From a virus (taxonomy: Duplodnaviria > Caudoviricetes), in the IMG/VR virus record IMGVR_UViG_3300030376_006779, positions 1 through 36,906 of that record: a stretch of DNA of 36,906 bases; one strand, given 5' to 3'. Under the pieces are notes generated by a model. It made no database searches, had not been told where the DNA came from, and saw only the letters and a program-made list of their open reading frames with translations. Below are positions 23,804 to 31,607 of the stretch, one piece after another; position 1 is the stretch's first letter; each line of letters begins with the position of its first letter. The position numbers and the translations under genes are program-made.

Positions 23804-24778
23804 ATGACAAGCACACTAGAAACTTGCGCAGACGCATCAGCTCGTCCTGCATCCCCATCCGCTGGTGACACCGTTTACCAAGAGGATACAAAACAAATCA
23901 TCGTCTGGGACGGTTCAGCGTGGAGACTCTACGATGCGGCAGGGGGTGAACTAGCGTATCCTTCGGGACTTTATACGGCTGGAACACCTTATGTCATCAC
24001 CACTCAGCCCGATATGCACTACGATGCGAGTCGCATTAACGGAGTTGATTCGTCAGGCAACCCTGCCTTTGGTGTGGCTGTGTCAAGTTGGGAGGACAGG
24101 TCGGGGAACAGTAGGGACGCTGACCAAGCGACTGCGGCTGACCAAGGCTCTTTCATTCAAATAGGAGGACACGCTGGAATCCGTATGCCTTCTTCTACTT
24201 CCCTCGGATTTTACGACACGAACCACGCATTCGCAGCAGGTTCTGATGGTATGACCGTTATCGTTGCCGTAACGACACCCAACGCCAACTACTACACCAA
24301 CATTGTTGGCGCTACAAAGACAGGGGAGACCGTGCCTGGGTTGTACAAAGACGCAGGAATAAATATATCAGGCACTAAAATAGCACGTATCGCCCATTTA
24401 GGTGGTAACTACTACGCATCGAGCTACACTACGCTTTCATGTCAAGGACCACGCATTATCGCTGTATTGGACGGGGATGGTGACCAAAAACTTTTCGAAG
24501 GGAATCAAGTTGGCTATTCTGGTACAACCGCCCGATCCCAAGCGACCATTGATAACGCACTGGCAGGTGATTGGTTTTTAGGAGAGGGGTACCAACATTT
24601 CGGGGGTACGAATACTAATACTGGTGGTGGTATATATCACGAAGTTTTAATCTTTCGAGGACTCTTAGGATACACGGTTGACGGTAACGGAGACCTTAAC
24701 GGCGGAGAGATGAACACCGTGGTAAACTACTTGGCCAACAAATATGGGATAGACGCTTCGAACCCAATCACATCATAA
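23804..24778 (+). CDS. Putative receptor-binding/fibre protein with concanavalin A/LamG-like lectin domain (324 aa)
   Basis: N-terminal RPASPSAGDTVYQEDTKQIIVWDGSAW fibre motif, then HYDAS...VSSWEDRSGNSRDA...EVLIF...VNYLANKYGI, a pattern typical of phage LamG-like domains. Confidence 0.7.
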   Translation: MTSTLETCADASARPASPSAGDTVYQEDTKQIIVWDGSAWRLYDAAGGELAYPSGLYTAGTPYVITTQPDMHYDASRINGVDSSGNPAFGVAVSSWEDRSGNSRDADQATAADQGSFIQIGGHAGIRMPSSTSLGFYDTNHAFAAGSDGMTVIVAVTTPNANYYTNIVGATKTGETVPGLYKDAGINISGTKIARIAHLGGNYYASSYTTLSCQGPRIIAVLDGDGDQKLFEGNQVGYSGTTARSQATIDNALAGDWFLGEGYQHFGGTNTNTGGGIYHEVLIFRGLLGYTVDGNGDLNGGEMNTVVNYLANKYGIDASNPITS

Positions 24779-25032
24779 TGAAAGCAAAAATATTTAACAC
24801 TTCAACACAGGGCACATCGTCCATTTCGGACATTCAAACGGCTCTTGGAATACCACAACAAGGTACTGACAAGTACGCTGACGTGATGGAGATTATCAAC
24901 CCCGAAAGTTCTTACGTCGGGAAGTTCACTTTCCCAATAATGGCTGAAGGAAAATGGAAATGTGACAATCTTTTCGAGTCTTCCGAATTAGTGGATTGGG
25001 ACGATTCATGGTTTGAGACTGAAATAAGCTAA
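24778..25032 (+). CDS. Small acidic hypothetical protein, possible fibre assembly partner (84 aa)
   Basis: TAATG overlap with the lectin-domain gene; acidic, Trp-containing C-terminus (DWDDSWFETEIS). Confidence 0.55.
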   Translation: MKAKIFNTSTQGTSSISDIQTALGIPQQGTDKYADVMEIINPESSYVGKFTFPIMAEGKWKCDNLFESSELVDWDDSWFETEIS

Positions 25033-25067
25033 CATATGCAATACGAAACGGTTGAAAGTCTGACCTA

Positions 25068-25283
25068 ATGGAAACTTACATCTTTCTAGGCCTTAGCGTA
25101 GCCGTTTCCGTACTCGGTTTCTTTCTGAAGAGGTTGAAGGAAGAAATTGATGTATTGAAAGCTAAAAATACAAAGCTCGAGGTATCTACGGCGAGGGAGT
25201 TTGAAAAGGTAAGAAATCTGGAAAAGATATCCGAAGACCGGAGAGAAGACATCAAATCACTTTTTTCAAAGTTAGACAAATGA
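25068..25283 (+). CDS. Single-TM plus coiled-coil protein (71 aa), possible lysis accessory
   Basis: YIFLGLSVAVSVLGFFL followed by a heptad-like charged helix. Confidence 0.6.
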   Translation: METYIFLGLSVAVSVLGFFLKRLKEEIDVLKAKNTKLEVSTAREFEKVRNLEKISEDRREDIKSLFSKLDK

Positions 25284-25606
25284 CTGTTAAATTAGACGAA
25301 AGCACACAGGTAAAAGCCAATGCGATGTTCATGCTGAAAACCATTGGTTTTGTCGGGAGTGCGGTATGGTTGGTGGCTGAGTTTAAAGCAGACGTGCAAA
25401 CCCTGCATACTGATGTGATTCGATTGAATCAACAGGTCGAATTGAACAGTGAATTTAGGATAAAATGGCCTCGTGGCGAGATTGGAGCATTACCTGCTGA
25501 TGCGCAACAAGATATGAAAATACAGCATCTTGAGGGAAGGGTTGATAAACTTGATGGGCACGTTGACAATTTAAGATATCAAGGGACTGACAAGCCAAAG
25601 GACTGA
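25280..25606 (+). CDS. Membrane-anchored coiled-coil protein (108 aa)
   Basis: Hydrophobic AMFMLKTIGFVGSAVWLVA followed by two coiled-coil-like segments. ATGA and TGATG overlaps with its neighbours. Confidence 0.55.
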   Translation: MTVKLDESTQVKANAMFMLKTIGFVGSAVWLVAEFKADVQTLHTDVIRLNQQVELNSEFRIKWPRGEIGALPADAQQDMKIQHLEGRVDKLDGHVDNLRYQGTDKPKD

Positions 25607-26070
25607 TGTTCGAGATATTGACAATGTTTTTAACGGGAGGGGGTTCGGCGGCGCTGGGCTCGATTCTCAAAGGAGTGTTTGGCACGATTGCGGACAATCG
25701 CCAGCAAAAGTTTGAACTAGAACTAGCAAGGGAGTGTAGAGGAAATGAATTCGCGCTTAAATTTCAAGAACAGATGTCTAACGGCGAGGGCGGGAAGTTT
25801 ACTCGCGCTACTCGTCGCCTGCTCGCTGTTATTCTCATGTCTACACTCTCAGCGGTCGTCATCCTCTGCACGCTCTTCCCATCAGCCGAAATCATCACCC
25901 TCTCAAACCCAAACGGAGACGGACAAACCTCCTTCCTTTTTGGACTCGTCACTTATCCGTCGCAGCAAACCCCTGTGGCGCTCACCACAGGGCACCTCGC
26001 TACGTATTTCGTTGTAATCTTGGCACCAATGGTTGTCGGGTTTTACTACACGCCTGGAGGGCGGAAATGA
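25606..26070 (+). CDS. Holin-like membrane protein (154 aa)
   Basis: Three hydrophobic segments (N-terminus; LLAVILMSTLSAVVILCTLF; LATYFVVILAPMVVGFYY), an RATRR basic patch and a short basic C-terminus. Layout is like 3TM holins. Confidence 0.6.
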   Translation: MFEILTMFLTGGGSAALGSILKGVFGTIADNRQQKFELELARECRGNEFALKFQEQMSNGEGGKFTRATRRLLAVILMSTLSAVVILCTLFPSAEIITLSNPNGDGQTSFLFGLVTYPSQQTPVALTTGHLATYFVVILAPMVVGFYYTPGGRK

Positions 26071-26225
26071 GTGATACGACACCGATAGTGGGGATGGCCG
26101 GAACTAGCCTTTCTCTTTCCTTGGGTCAGTGGAATGAACTTTTAGGTATATTGGCAGGTGCTCTGACCTGCGTGTACATGATTTGGAAACTCGTAAGATA
26201 TTATAAGGATGGAAAACCTAAATAA
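26067..26225 (+). CDS. Small holin-like membrane protein (52 aa), absent from the ORF track
   Basis: Hand translation: MSDTTPIVGMAGTSLSLSLGQWNELLGILAGALTCVYMIWKLVRYYKDGKPK*. ATGA overlap with the upstream gene; fills the gap to the next gene. Confidence 0.7.
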   Translation: MSDTTPIVGMAGTSLSLSLGQWNELLGILAGALTCVYMIWKLVRYYKDGKPK

Positions 26226-26415
26226 AAAAGAGGGTAAAGCGCCTTCAGACAAAGTGAAAGGTGCTAAAAAAAAGGCGTGCCGTGGAGATTGCCCTTCACC
26301 TACTCTCTGTAAAGATGTTTTTCAAGGCGACTGCGCTCTCGAGATAATGTCACAACAGGAAGCCGAAAAAGGCGAAAAACCGGGCACAAAAGGGTACGCT
26401 TCCAAAGGCAAATAG
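26209..26415 (+). CDS. Small Lys-rich protein with four cysteines (68 aa)
   Basis: CRGDCPSPTLCKDVFQGDC (C-x3-C-x5-C-x7-C); operon context. Confidence 0.55.
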   Translation: MENLNKKEGKAPSDKVKGAKKKACRGDCPSPTLCKDVFQGDCALEIMSQQEAEKGEKPGTKGYASKGK

Positions 26416-26421
26416 TGTTTT

Positions 26422-26464
26422 GCAACCGGTTACTTTTTAGTGACCAAAGAGTTATGTTCCGATT
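26422..26464 (+). promoter_or_regulatory. Putative activator-dependent late promoter, copy 2 (scaffold-capsid operon)
   Basis: GCAACCGGTT (26422-26431), 21 nt, TATGTT (26453-26458), 6 nt, ATG at 26465; intergenic. Confidence 0.7.
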
Positions 26465-27460
26465 ATGGAACAAGAACATGCGGAGGTTGAATCCCCGCAA
26501 AACGAAGAGCTGAGCCTTGCAGATGCATCATCCGATGATATCCGTAATGCTCTTGGAATAACGTCAGAGCCCGTAGCTGAGGAGCAGGCTATCGAAGAAC
26601 CGCAAGCCGAGGAGCAAATCCCGGGAACGGAGGTCGAAAGTCAGCAGCCGGAAGAGGAAGCGCAACTCGGAAAACGTAGGATTCGTCCTCGTAACGAGTT
26701 AGACCAGCAGGTCATCGATCTTTATAGATCCGAAGGTTTTGCAGGTTCTTTTGCCGATGCTTCGAGAGTCATCTACGGTCAGGACGTCCAAACCGCTCCT
26801 CAAAACTTTCAACAGCCACAGGAAGTCGAGGCGAACGAGCCCGACCCTCTCCAAGGCATTGATACGCGAGCTGAAGAGATTGCGACAGCTATTACTGAGC
26901 TTGAAGGTAAAGTAGAACAAGCAGCCGACGACTTGGAAACGACCGAAGCGCTGAAATATCAGCGTGAGATCATGAAAAAGGAGCTCGAGCTGCAAAATCT
27001 AACTAGCCGTAAAGAGCGCATGCAAGAGGCTTACGAGCAGCAAGAGTATCAAAACCACCAATCAAAAGCGGTGGAGAGCAGGGATAAGGTCTACGAAAAG
27101 TATCCCGTTTTGCAGGACAAGAATTCAATTCATAGAAAGCAATTCGACGATTTCATTAACCAGGCTCAATCCCATCCCGACTATGAAGCGGTTTTTCAGT
27201 CACCTCGGTGGCCTGAACTTCTAGCTAATGAGTATGCAGCTTCGCAGCCAGCTTCGCAGCAACAGCCGGCAACGGCCATTCCGCAACAGCAGGCTCCGCA
27301 GATGGGCACTCAAGCTAAAGTTCTGACAACGGGAAATACGCAACAACCTGTAAACGCCTCTGTGTCTAGAGAGGGGTTGGTTCAAGATCTTCCGAATATG
27401 AGCAAAGACGACCTTTACAGTCTGCTGGGCTCACCGGGAGGTAAGCAGCCTCTTCGATAG
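26465..27460 (+). CDS. Capsid scaffolding protein (331 aa)
   Basis: Acidic E/Q-rich N-terminus, long coiled coil, short C-terminal helix (MSKDDLYSLL); lies immediately upstream of the capsid gene. Confidence 0.8.
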   Translation: MEQEHAEVESPQNEELSLADASSDDIRNALGITSEPVAEEQAIEEPQAEEQIPGTEVESQQPEEEAQLGKRRIRPRNELDQQVIDLYRSEGFAGSFADASRVIYGQDVQTAPQNFQQPQEVEANEPDPLQGIDTRAEEIATAITELEGKVEQAADDLETTEALKYQREIMKKELELQNLTSRKERMQEAYEQQEYQNHQSKAVESRDKVYEKYPVLQDKNSIHRKQFDDFINQAQSHPDYEAVFQSPRWPELLANEYAASQPASQQQPATAIPQQQAPQMGTQAKVLTTGNTQQPVNASVSREGLVQDLPNMSKDDLYSLLGSPGGKQPLR

Positions 27461-27502
27461 ATATAGGGGATCAACCTATACTATACTAAATTCTAATTAA
27501 CA

Positions 27503-29011
27503 ATGGCTACTAAATCACAAGCGGGTGGCTTTCCGGCTTCTCCCGGACCACTCGATTCTACCGCAGCAGGCAACGCTAACGTTGACCTGATCAAACCACG
27601 CATATCTTCTTATGCCGATCTTCTTAACGGAGACGCTAATTCCGACTTGCGCTCAAGACTTTGGTCTGAGCTCGTCACTCGTGACGCTCGGGAAAAAAAC
27701 GTGTTCGCAAAGTTCATCGGAGGCGAAGGTAGCGGCAAACCTATTACCGAAAAGCGCGATCTCAGCGCCGGCGGTTCCGACAAAGTAACCTTCACCACAG
27801 TCGCTCCCATCCGTGGGCAAGGCGTACGTGGGGAAGAGGTTCTGAAGAACAGCACCGACAACCTCGACTTCGGGACATTCTCCGTTGAAGTTGACCTCGT
27901 TCGTCACGCTGTTTCCTGGACGCAAGTCCTTAAGCTCATGCGCTTCACCGGCAAGACCATCGATCAGCTCTCAGCTGAGGTCATGTCCGAATGGATGGGT
28001 CGCACAGAGCAGGACCAGCTTCAGTACGCACTTCGTCAGATCTGCTTGAAGAACGCTACCGGAAGCAACTACATCAGCGGCTACGGTACTGACTCAACTG
28101 GAGCACTTAAGTATGTTGACGGTCTCAGCACCGACATCATCCAAGAGGCTAAGCAAGCACTGATCGCCAACGGCGGTGAGCCAATCAACACTGGCGGAGA
28201 CGTCAATCAGGACATCCCTGGTTACCTGTTCTTCGCTCCTGATGCTGTTCTTCGTCCTCTGCGTTCCGACCCTGACTACCTCGAGGCTATCCTCCAGGCT
28301 GACAGTCGTTCCGACAGTAACAAGCTCTACACTGGTTCGTATGCCAAGTGGGATAACAATGTAATCGCTAACCACAACGTTCTCATCGACACAGCTCGTG
28401 GGCGCCAAGGTTCTCCATTGTTGCCTACGTTCTACGCATTCGACGCAATTGCTGACGCTGCAAGTTCTGGAATCGGCGGAACCGACGGTGACTACGTTGC
28501 CAACTTCCGCGGTGCATTCATCAACATCCCAGGTGGTGGTGGTGTTGCAATGGGTCAAAACGACGACGGAACCTACTACATCCTCGGTATCGACACCAAC
28601 GGTGAGGTTGCTCTCTACAGCTACGCTCAATCCGACATCGCAAATAGCTTCGGAACCATCGCACTTACTCGTGTGTCTGGTGACGGAGGATTGACCGGAA
28701 ACGTCAAAACCGGAGACGCCTTCTCGGCCGGTGCTATGTTCGTTCAAGCCAACGCTTTGGGTACGCCAATCGGCTACGCTCTTGCAATGGGTAAGGACGC
28801 AATGTACTTCGCCAAGGGTAAAATCTACGGTGAAAGCATCTACCACTATGACGATTTCGCGAACTCCGGCAACGAAGCTCACTTGAGCGCTGTTGGTGTT
28901 CAGTCCGTCTACGGAATGGGTGCTCGTCACGACACCAGAGGCCGCGTTCCTGCGGTTCAGTTGGTCGAGTGCGTTCGCCAAGTTCCAGGATTGTCGCTTA
29001 CGCAAGCGTAA
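27503..29011 (+). CDS. Major capsid protein, DUF4043/N4-like HK97 fold (502 aa)
   Basis: GSDKVTFTTVAPIRGQGVRGEEVLKNSTDNLDFGTFSVEVDLVRHAV resembles the DUF4043 capsid E-loop. Strongly biased C/T-ending codons; follows the scaffold and precedes a terminator. Confidence 0.88.
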   Translation: MATKSQAGGFPASPGPLDSTAAGNANVDLIKPRISSYADLLNGDANSDLRSRLWSELVTRDAREKNVFAKFIGGEGSGKPITEKRDLSAGGSDKVTFTTVAPIRGQGVRGEEVLKNSTDNLDFGTFSVEVDLVRHAVSWTQVLKLMRFTGKTIDQLSAEVMSEWMGRTEQDQLQYALRQICLKNATGSNYISGYGTDSTGALKYVDGLSTDIIQEAKQALIANGGEPINTGGDVNQDIPGYLFFAPDAVLRPLRSDPDYLEAILQADSRSDSNKLYTGSYAKWDNNVIANHNVLIDTARGRQGSPLLPTFYAFDAIADAASSGIGGTDGDYVANFRGAFINIPGGGGVAMGQNDDGTYYILGIDTNGEVALYSYAQSDIANSFGTIALTRVSGDGGLTGNVKTGDAFSAGAMFVQANALGTPIGYALAMGKDAMYFAKGKIYGESIYHYDDFANSGNEAHLSAVGVQSVYGMGARHDTRGRVPAVQLVECVRQVPGLSLTQA

Positions 29012-29044
29012 TGGTACGGAATTTTCCCGCCCACTAATCCACTC

Positions 29045-29085
29045 GAGACCCCGCCTGGCACTATCCTGGGCGGGGTCTCTTTTTT
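29045..29085 (+). terminator. Rho-independent terminator after the capsid gene
   Basis: Perfect 11-bp stem GAGACCCCGCC (29045-29055) / GGCGGGGTCTC (29069-29079) followed by TTTTTT. Confidence 0.9.
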
Positions 29086-29088
29086 ATC

Positions 29089-29400
29089 ATGAAAATCATC
29101 ATACTCGGAAAGAAAAACATGGCAGGGACTAATCCCTCCATTCGCATTAAAGGACTATCTCAAGTAAGGTATAACTTCCTCTGGGATCCGGAAATCAGGT
29201 ATTTTGCCTATGAGCCGAAGGACCAGAAGGAGTGCGACGATATCTTTCGTACCCAAGGCAGGGTCTATCGGACGATGTTCTTCTCCGCATGGATGGAGCC
29301 CGAGGCTGAAGAGGTAGAGGAAAAACCGAAGGCAAAGGCCAAAAGTCGAAAGACGAAAGCCAAGTCTCAACCGGTGGAAGAACCGGTAGTGAGTGAGTAA
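29089..29400 (+). CDS. Hypothetical protein (103 aa) with acidic then Lys-rich tail
   Basis: ORF between the capsid terminator and the adaptor gene; EPEAEEVEEKPKAKAKSRKTK tail. Confidence 0.65.
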   Translation: MKIIILGKKNMAGTNPSIRIKGLSQVRYNFLWDPEIRYFAYEPKDQKECDDIFRTQGRVYRTMFFSAWMEPEAEEVEEKPKAKAKSRKTKAKSQPVEEPVVSE

Positions 29401-29409
29401 TATGGCTTT
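29367..29409 (+). promoter_or_regulatory. Putative activator-dependent late promoter, copy 3 (tail operon)
   Basis: TCAACCGGTG (29367-29376), 21 nt, TAATAT (29398-29403), 6 nt, ATG at 29410. Confidence 0.65.
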
Positions 29410-30162
29410 ATGGCCTCCATTTCTTATCTCTCGCTTAAAAATCAACTGGCCTCGATGTTGGGGGCGGACGAAGTGTCCGATCTTCCTCAAATTGATCAGG
29501 ACAGAGTAGGTATTTTTATCAATCAAGCCTATCGGGAGTGCTACACTCCTCTTGACGGCAAACGACCTATGTGGGCCCAAAAAGGGTTCACGTTGGACTT
29601 CGTAAAAGACCAGGTATCAGCCGATCTATCGGCGGATGTTACATCCGTTGATAAGATCCCGGTGCTTGTCGGCGAAGGCCCACTATCACCTATGTCCGGG
29701 CCCGAAGATGAGATTCGAGCTCGCACCATATTTGCATGGGATTTCAAATCTCCTCAAGGTCGGGGTTTGAACTTCCCGAAATATAAAGAGAATGAGCCGG
29801 AGAAAGGGCGCCCAGTTTGGTACTATTTGGATAATCGAAATTCCGGGACTGATAACAAGGTCATCCCTAGACTGTTTCTTTACCCAATACCTGAAAAAGC
29901 ATACCAGGTTGAGTTGTTCGCTAACATAGTCCCCACCGATCTGGAGTTGGATACCGACGAGCCTCGTATGCCTTCTGACTTAGTGTGGGACATACTTTTC
30001 CCAATTGCTCAAGGTAAGATGCTTTCCGACCCCCGCTACAACGGGGATAATAAAGAGTTCATCGCCCGTATGGCTGAGGAAGCCCGTAAAAGGCTTAGAA
30101 CTCTAGTATCACCGCAGAAGCACAAAGGTTCTCTAAGACTCACAAAACGCGGAGGCTGGTAA
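29410..30162 (+). CDS. Head-tail adaptor / tail tubular protein A-like (250 aa)
   Basis: FINQAYRE...GRPVWYY...LFLYPIPEKAYQVEL...LELDTDEPRMP pattern typical of podovirus adaptor proteins; position after the capsid. Confidence 0.78.
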   Translation: MASISYLSLKNQLASMLGADEVSDLPQIDQDRVGIFINQAYRECYTPLDGKRPMWAQKGFTLDFVKDQVSADLSADVTSVDKIPVLVGEGPLSPMSGPEDEIRARTIFAWDFKSPQGRGLNFPKYKENEPEKGRPVWYYLDNRNSGTDNKVIPRLFLYPIPEKAYQVELFANIVPTDLELDTDEPRMPSDLVWDILFPIAQGKMLSDPRYNGDNKEFIARMAEEARKRLRTLVSPQKHKGSLRLTKRGGW

Positions 30163-31607
30163 TGCCTAAAGACCTGACAATTCGCCTTCTCGGACGACCT
30201 ACAGTCACGGAAGACAGTGTACTGGGCTTCCATAAGCTGGCACGCAAGTACGTAGTCCAAGGGCCGAGAGCCTGCAAGGCCGGAATAGTCGATGCGACCA
30301 ACCCACTTTTCCTTGATGTCGGAACCGCCGACGAGGAGTTTACCGACCACTACCTAGTTAACCAGCGACTTGAGACTGCGCAGGGCTCTATGGAGAAGGC
30401 GTACCTGACTCGAGAATTCGCAGACATTAGGGATACTTGGAGCTCCGAATCCATAAGCGAGAGTGGCGACCTTAAGAGGATGTCACGCCGATATGCGGTT
30501 TTGCGCGCTGAGCACGCTCGAGGTTATGACGCCACTTCCTGGGCGGCTCACCCTCACAACTCCAGTGTTAATGAGAATGATCCCTGGGATTATTTACCGA
30601 AAGTAATCAAGGATACTGAACCTGTATCAGTTAGCTACGAGGACAACTCGCCGACAACAAATCTTTTCGCGAATGCCGCCAACACACCTTCTGGTATTCT
30701 AACACCGAAAGTCAGTGTGGGTGGAACGCCTGTGTCTCTGGCAACGATTCTCGCTAGCATATCGTCCACCGACAGCTTGTCCCTGAGATGGCTCAGGGCA
30801 ACGGCAACCGTCGATAGCTCCAACCCTGGAGTTGACATATGGCAGGTCTCGTGGGCTGCCCCCGTAACCGACCACTGGACTTCTCGTGCAGGCGGGGGAG
30901 GGCGTTCAGGTAGCAGCTACCCGAACCTCGTGGAGTTTGATCACAATGGCATAAAAAACCATAAGTTCGGAGCAGTGAGCGGAGGATCCGGGATATCCGT
31001 AATGAGGAGCTATGTATCTTACGTCGTGGGTGAAACAGCGGGCGACGCTTGGGCTAGCTACTTCTCAATGGGCAGTCTCAAGCCAAGCGTGAGTATGGAC
31101 TTTTTCATGGAGTATCTTGATGGCGGAGGGACGGGATTCAAGCAGAGTATGCCTAATTCGGTATATATGTACGATGCTAGTGCACATATAGTCTTCCCCA
31201 CCAACCCTGACACCGACAACCCCACTGCCTCCGGGAGTAATGTTGACGGAATACGGGTGTCGAAAGCCGTCCCTATGGGTTACATATTCAGGTATCGTGA
31301 AGACCAGACCATAACGGTCGATGTAAGTTTCGACCCCGCGAATTCGGTGACCACAGTTACCGAGCATAGGTATGATGCGGAGGGGGACGACGTATACGAG
31401 GAACAAACCTCGTCCACTCCCGGCATAAACCATCCGTACTATCAGACCAAGGCCATTACCCGGGCGGGAGGGAAGGTAAACTGGTCTCACGCCATAGATC
31501 GCTCGACTATCGATCAATATAGTCAGAACTCAGGTTCGTCAGTATCACCCATATTTTCGCACGGTAAGGATAGGATCTGGAAGGTTGTGCTAACCTTTGT
31601 CAGCTAA
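30162..31607 (+). CDS. Hypothetical tail-region virion protein (481 aa)
   Basis: S/T/V-rich, probably beta-rich ORF coupled by TAATG overlaps on both sides; no family recognised. Confidence 0.55.
   Translation: MPKDLTIRLLGRPTVTEDSVLGFHKLARKYVVQGPRACKAGIVDATNPLFLDVGTADEEFTDHYLVNQRLETAQGSMEKAYLTREFADIRDTWSSESISESGDLKRMSRRYAVLRAEHARGYDATSWAAHPHNSSVNENDPWDYLPKVIKDTEPVSVSYEDNSPTTNLFANAANTPSGILTPKVSVGGTPVSLATILASISSTDSLSLRWLRATATVDSSNPGVDIWQVSWAAPVTDHWTSRAGGGGRSGSSYPNLVEFDHNGIKNHKFGAVSGGSGISVMRSYVSYVVGETAGDAWASYFSMGSLKPSVSMDFFMEYLDGGGTGFKQSMPNSVYMYDASAHIVFPTNPDTDNPTASGSNVDGIRVSKAVPMGYIFRYREDQTITVDVSFDPANSVTTVTEHRYDAEGDDVYEEQTSSTPGINHPYYQTKAITRAGGKVNWSHAIDRSTIDQYSQNSGSSVSPIFSHGKDRIWKVVLTFVS

Noticed and set aside
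23804-24778. Diversity-generating retroelement target
   Set aside because: No reverse transcriptase and no template/variable repeat pair differing at adenines was seen in this window.
25563-25568. Perfect TTGACA -35 hexamer
   Set aside because: It lies inside a coding region and has no -10 box at 16-18 nt spacing.
28094-29005. 303-aa antisense ORF over the capsid gene, and the many other minus-strand or alternate-frame ORFs
   Set aside because: They lie within long, coherent + strand genes and show no protein-like motifs. Biased codon usage readily explains stop-free antisense frames.
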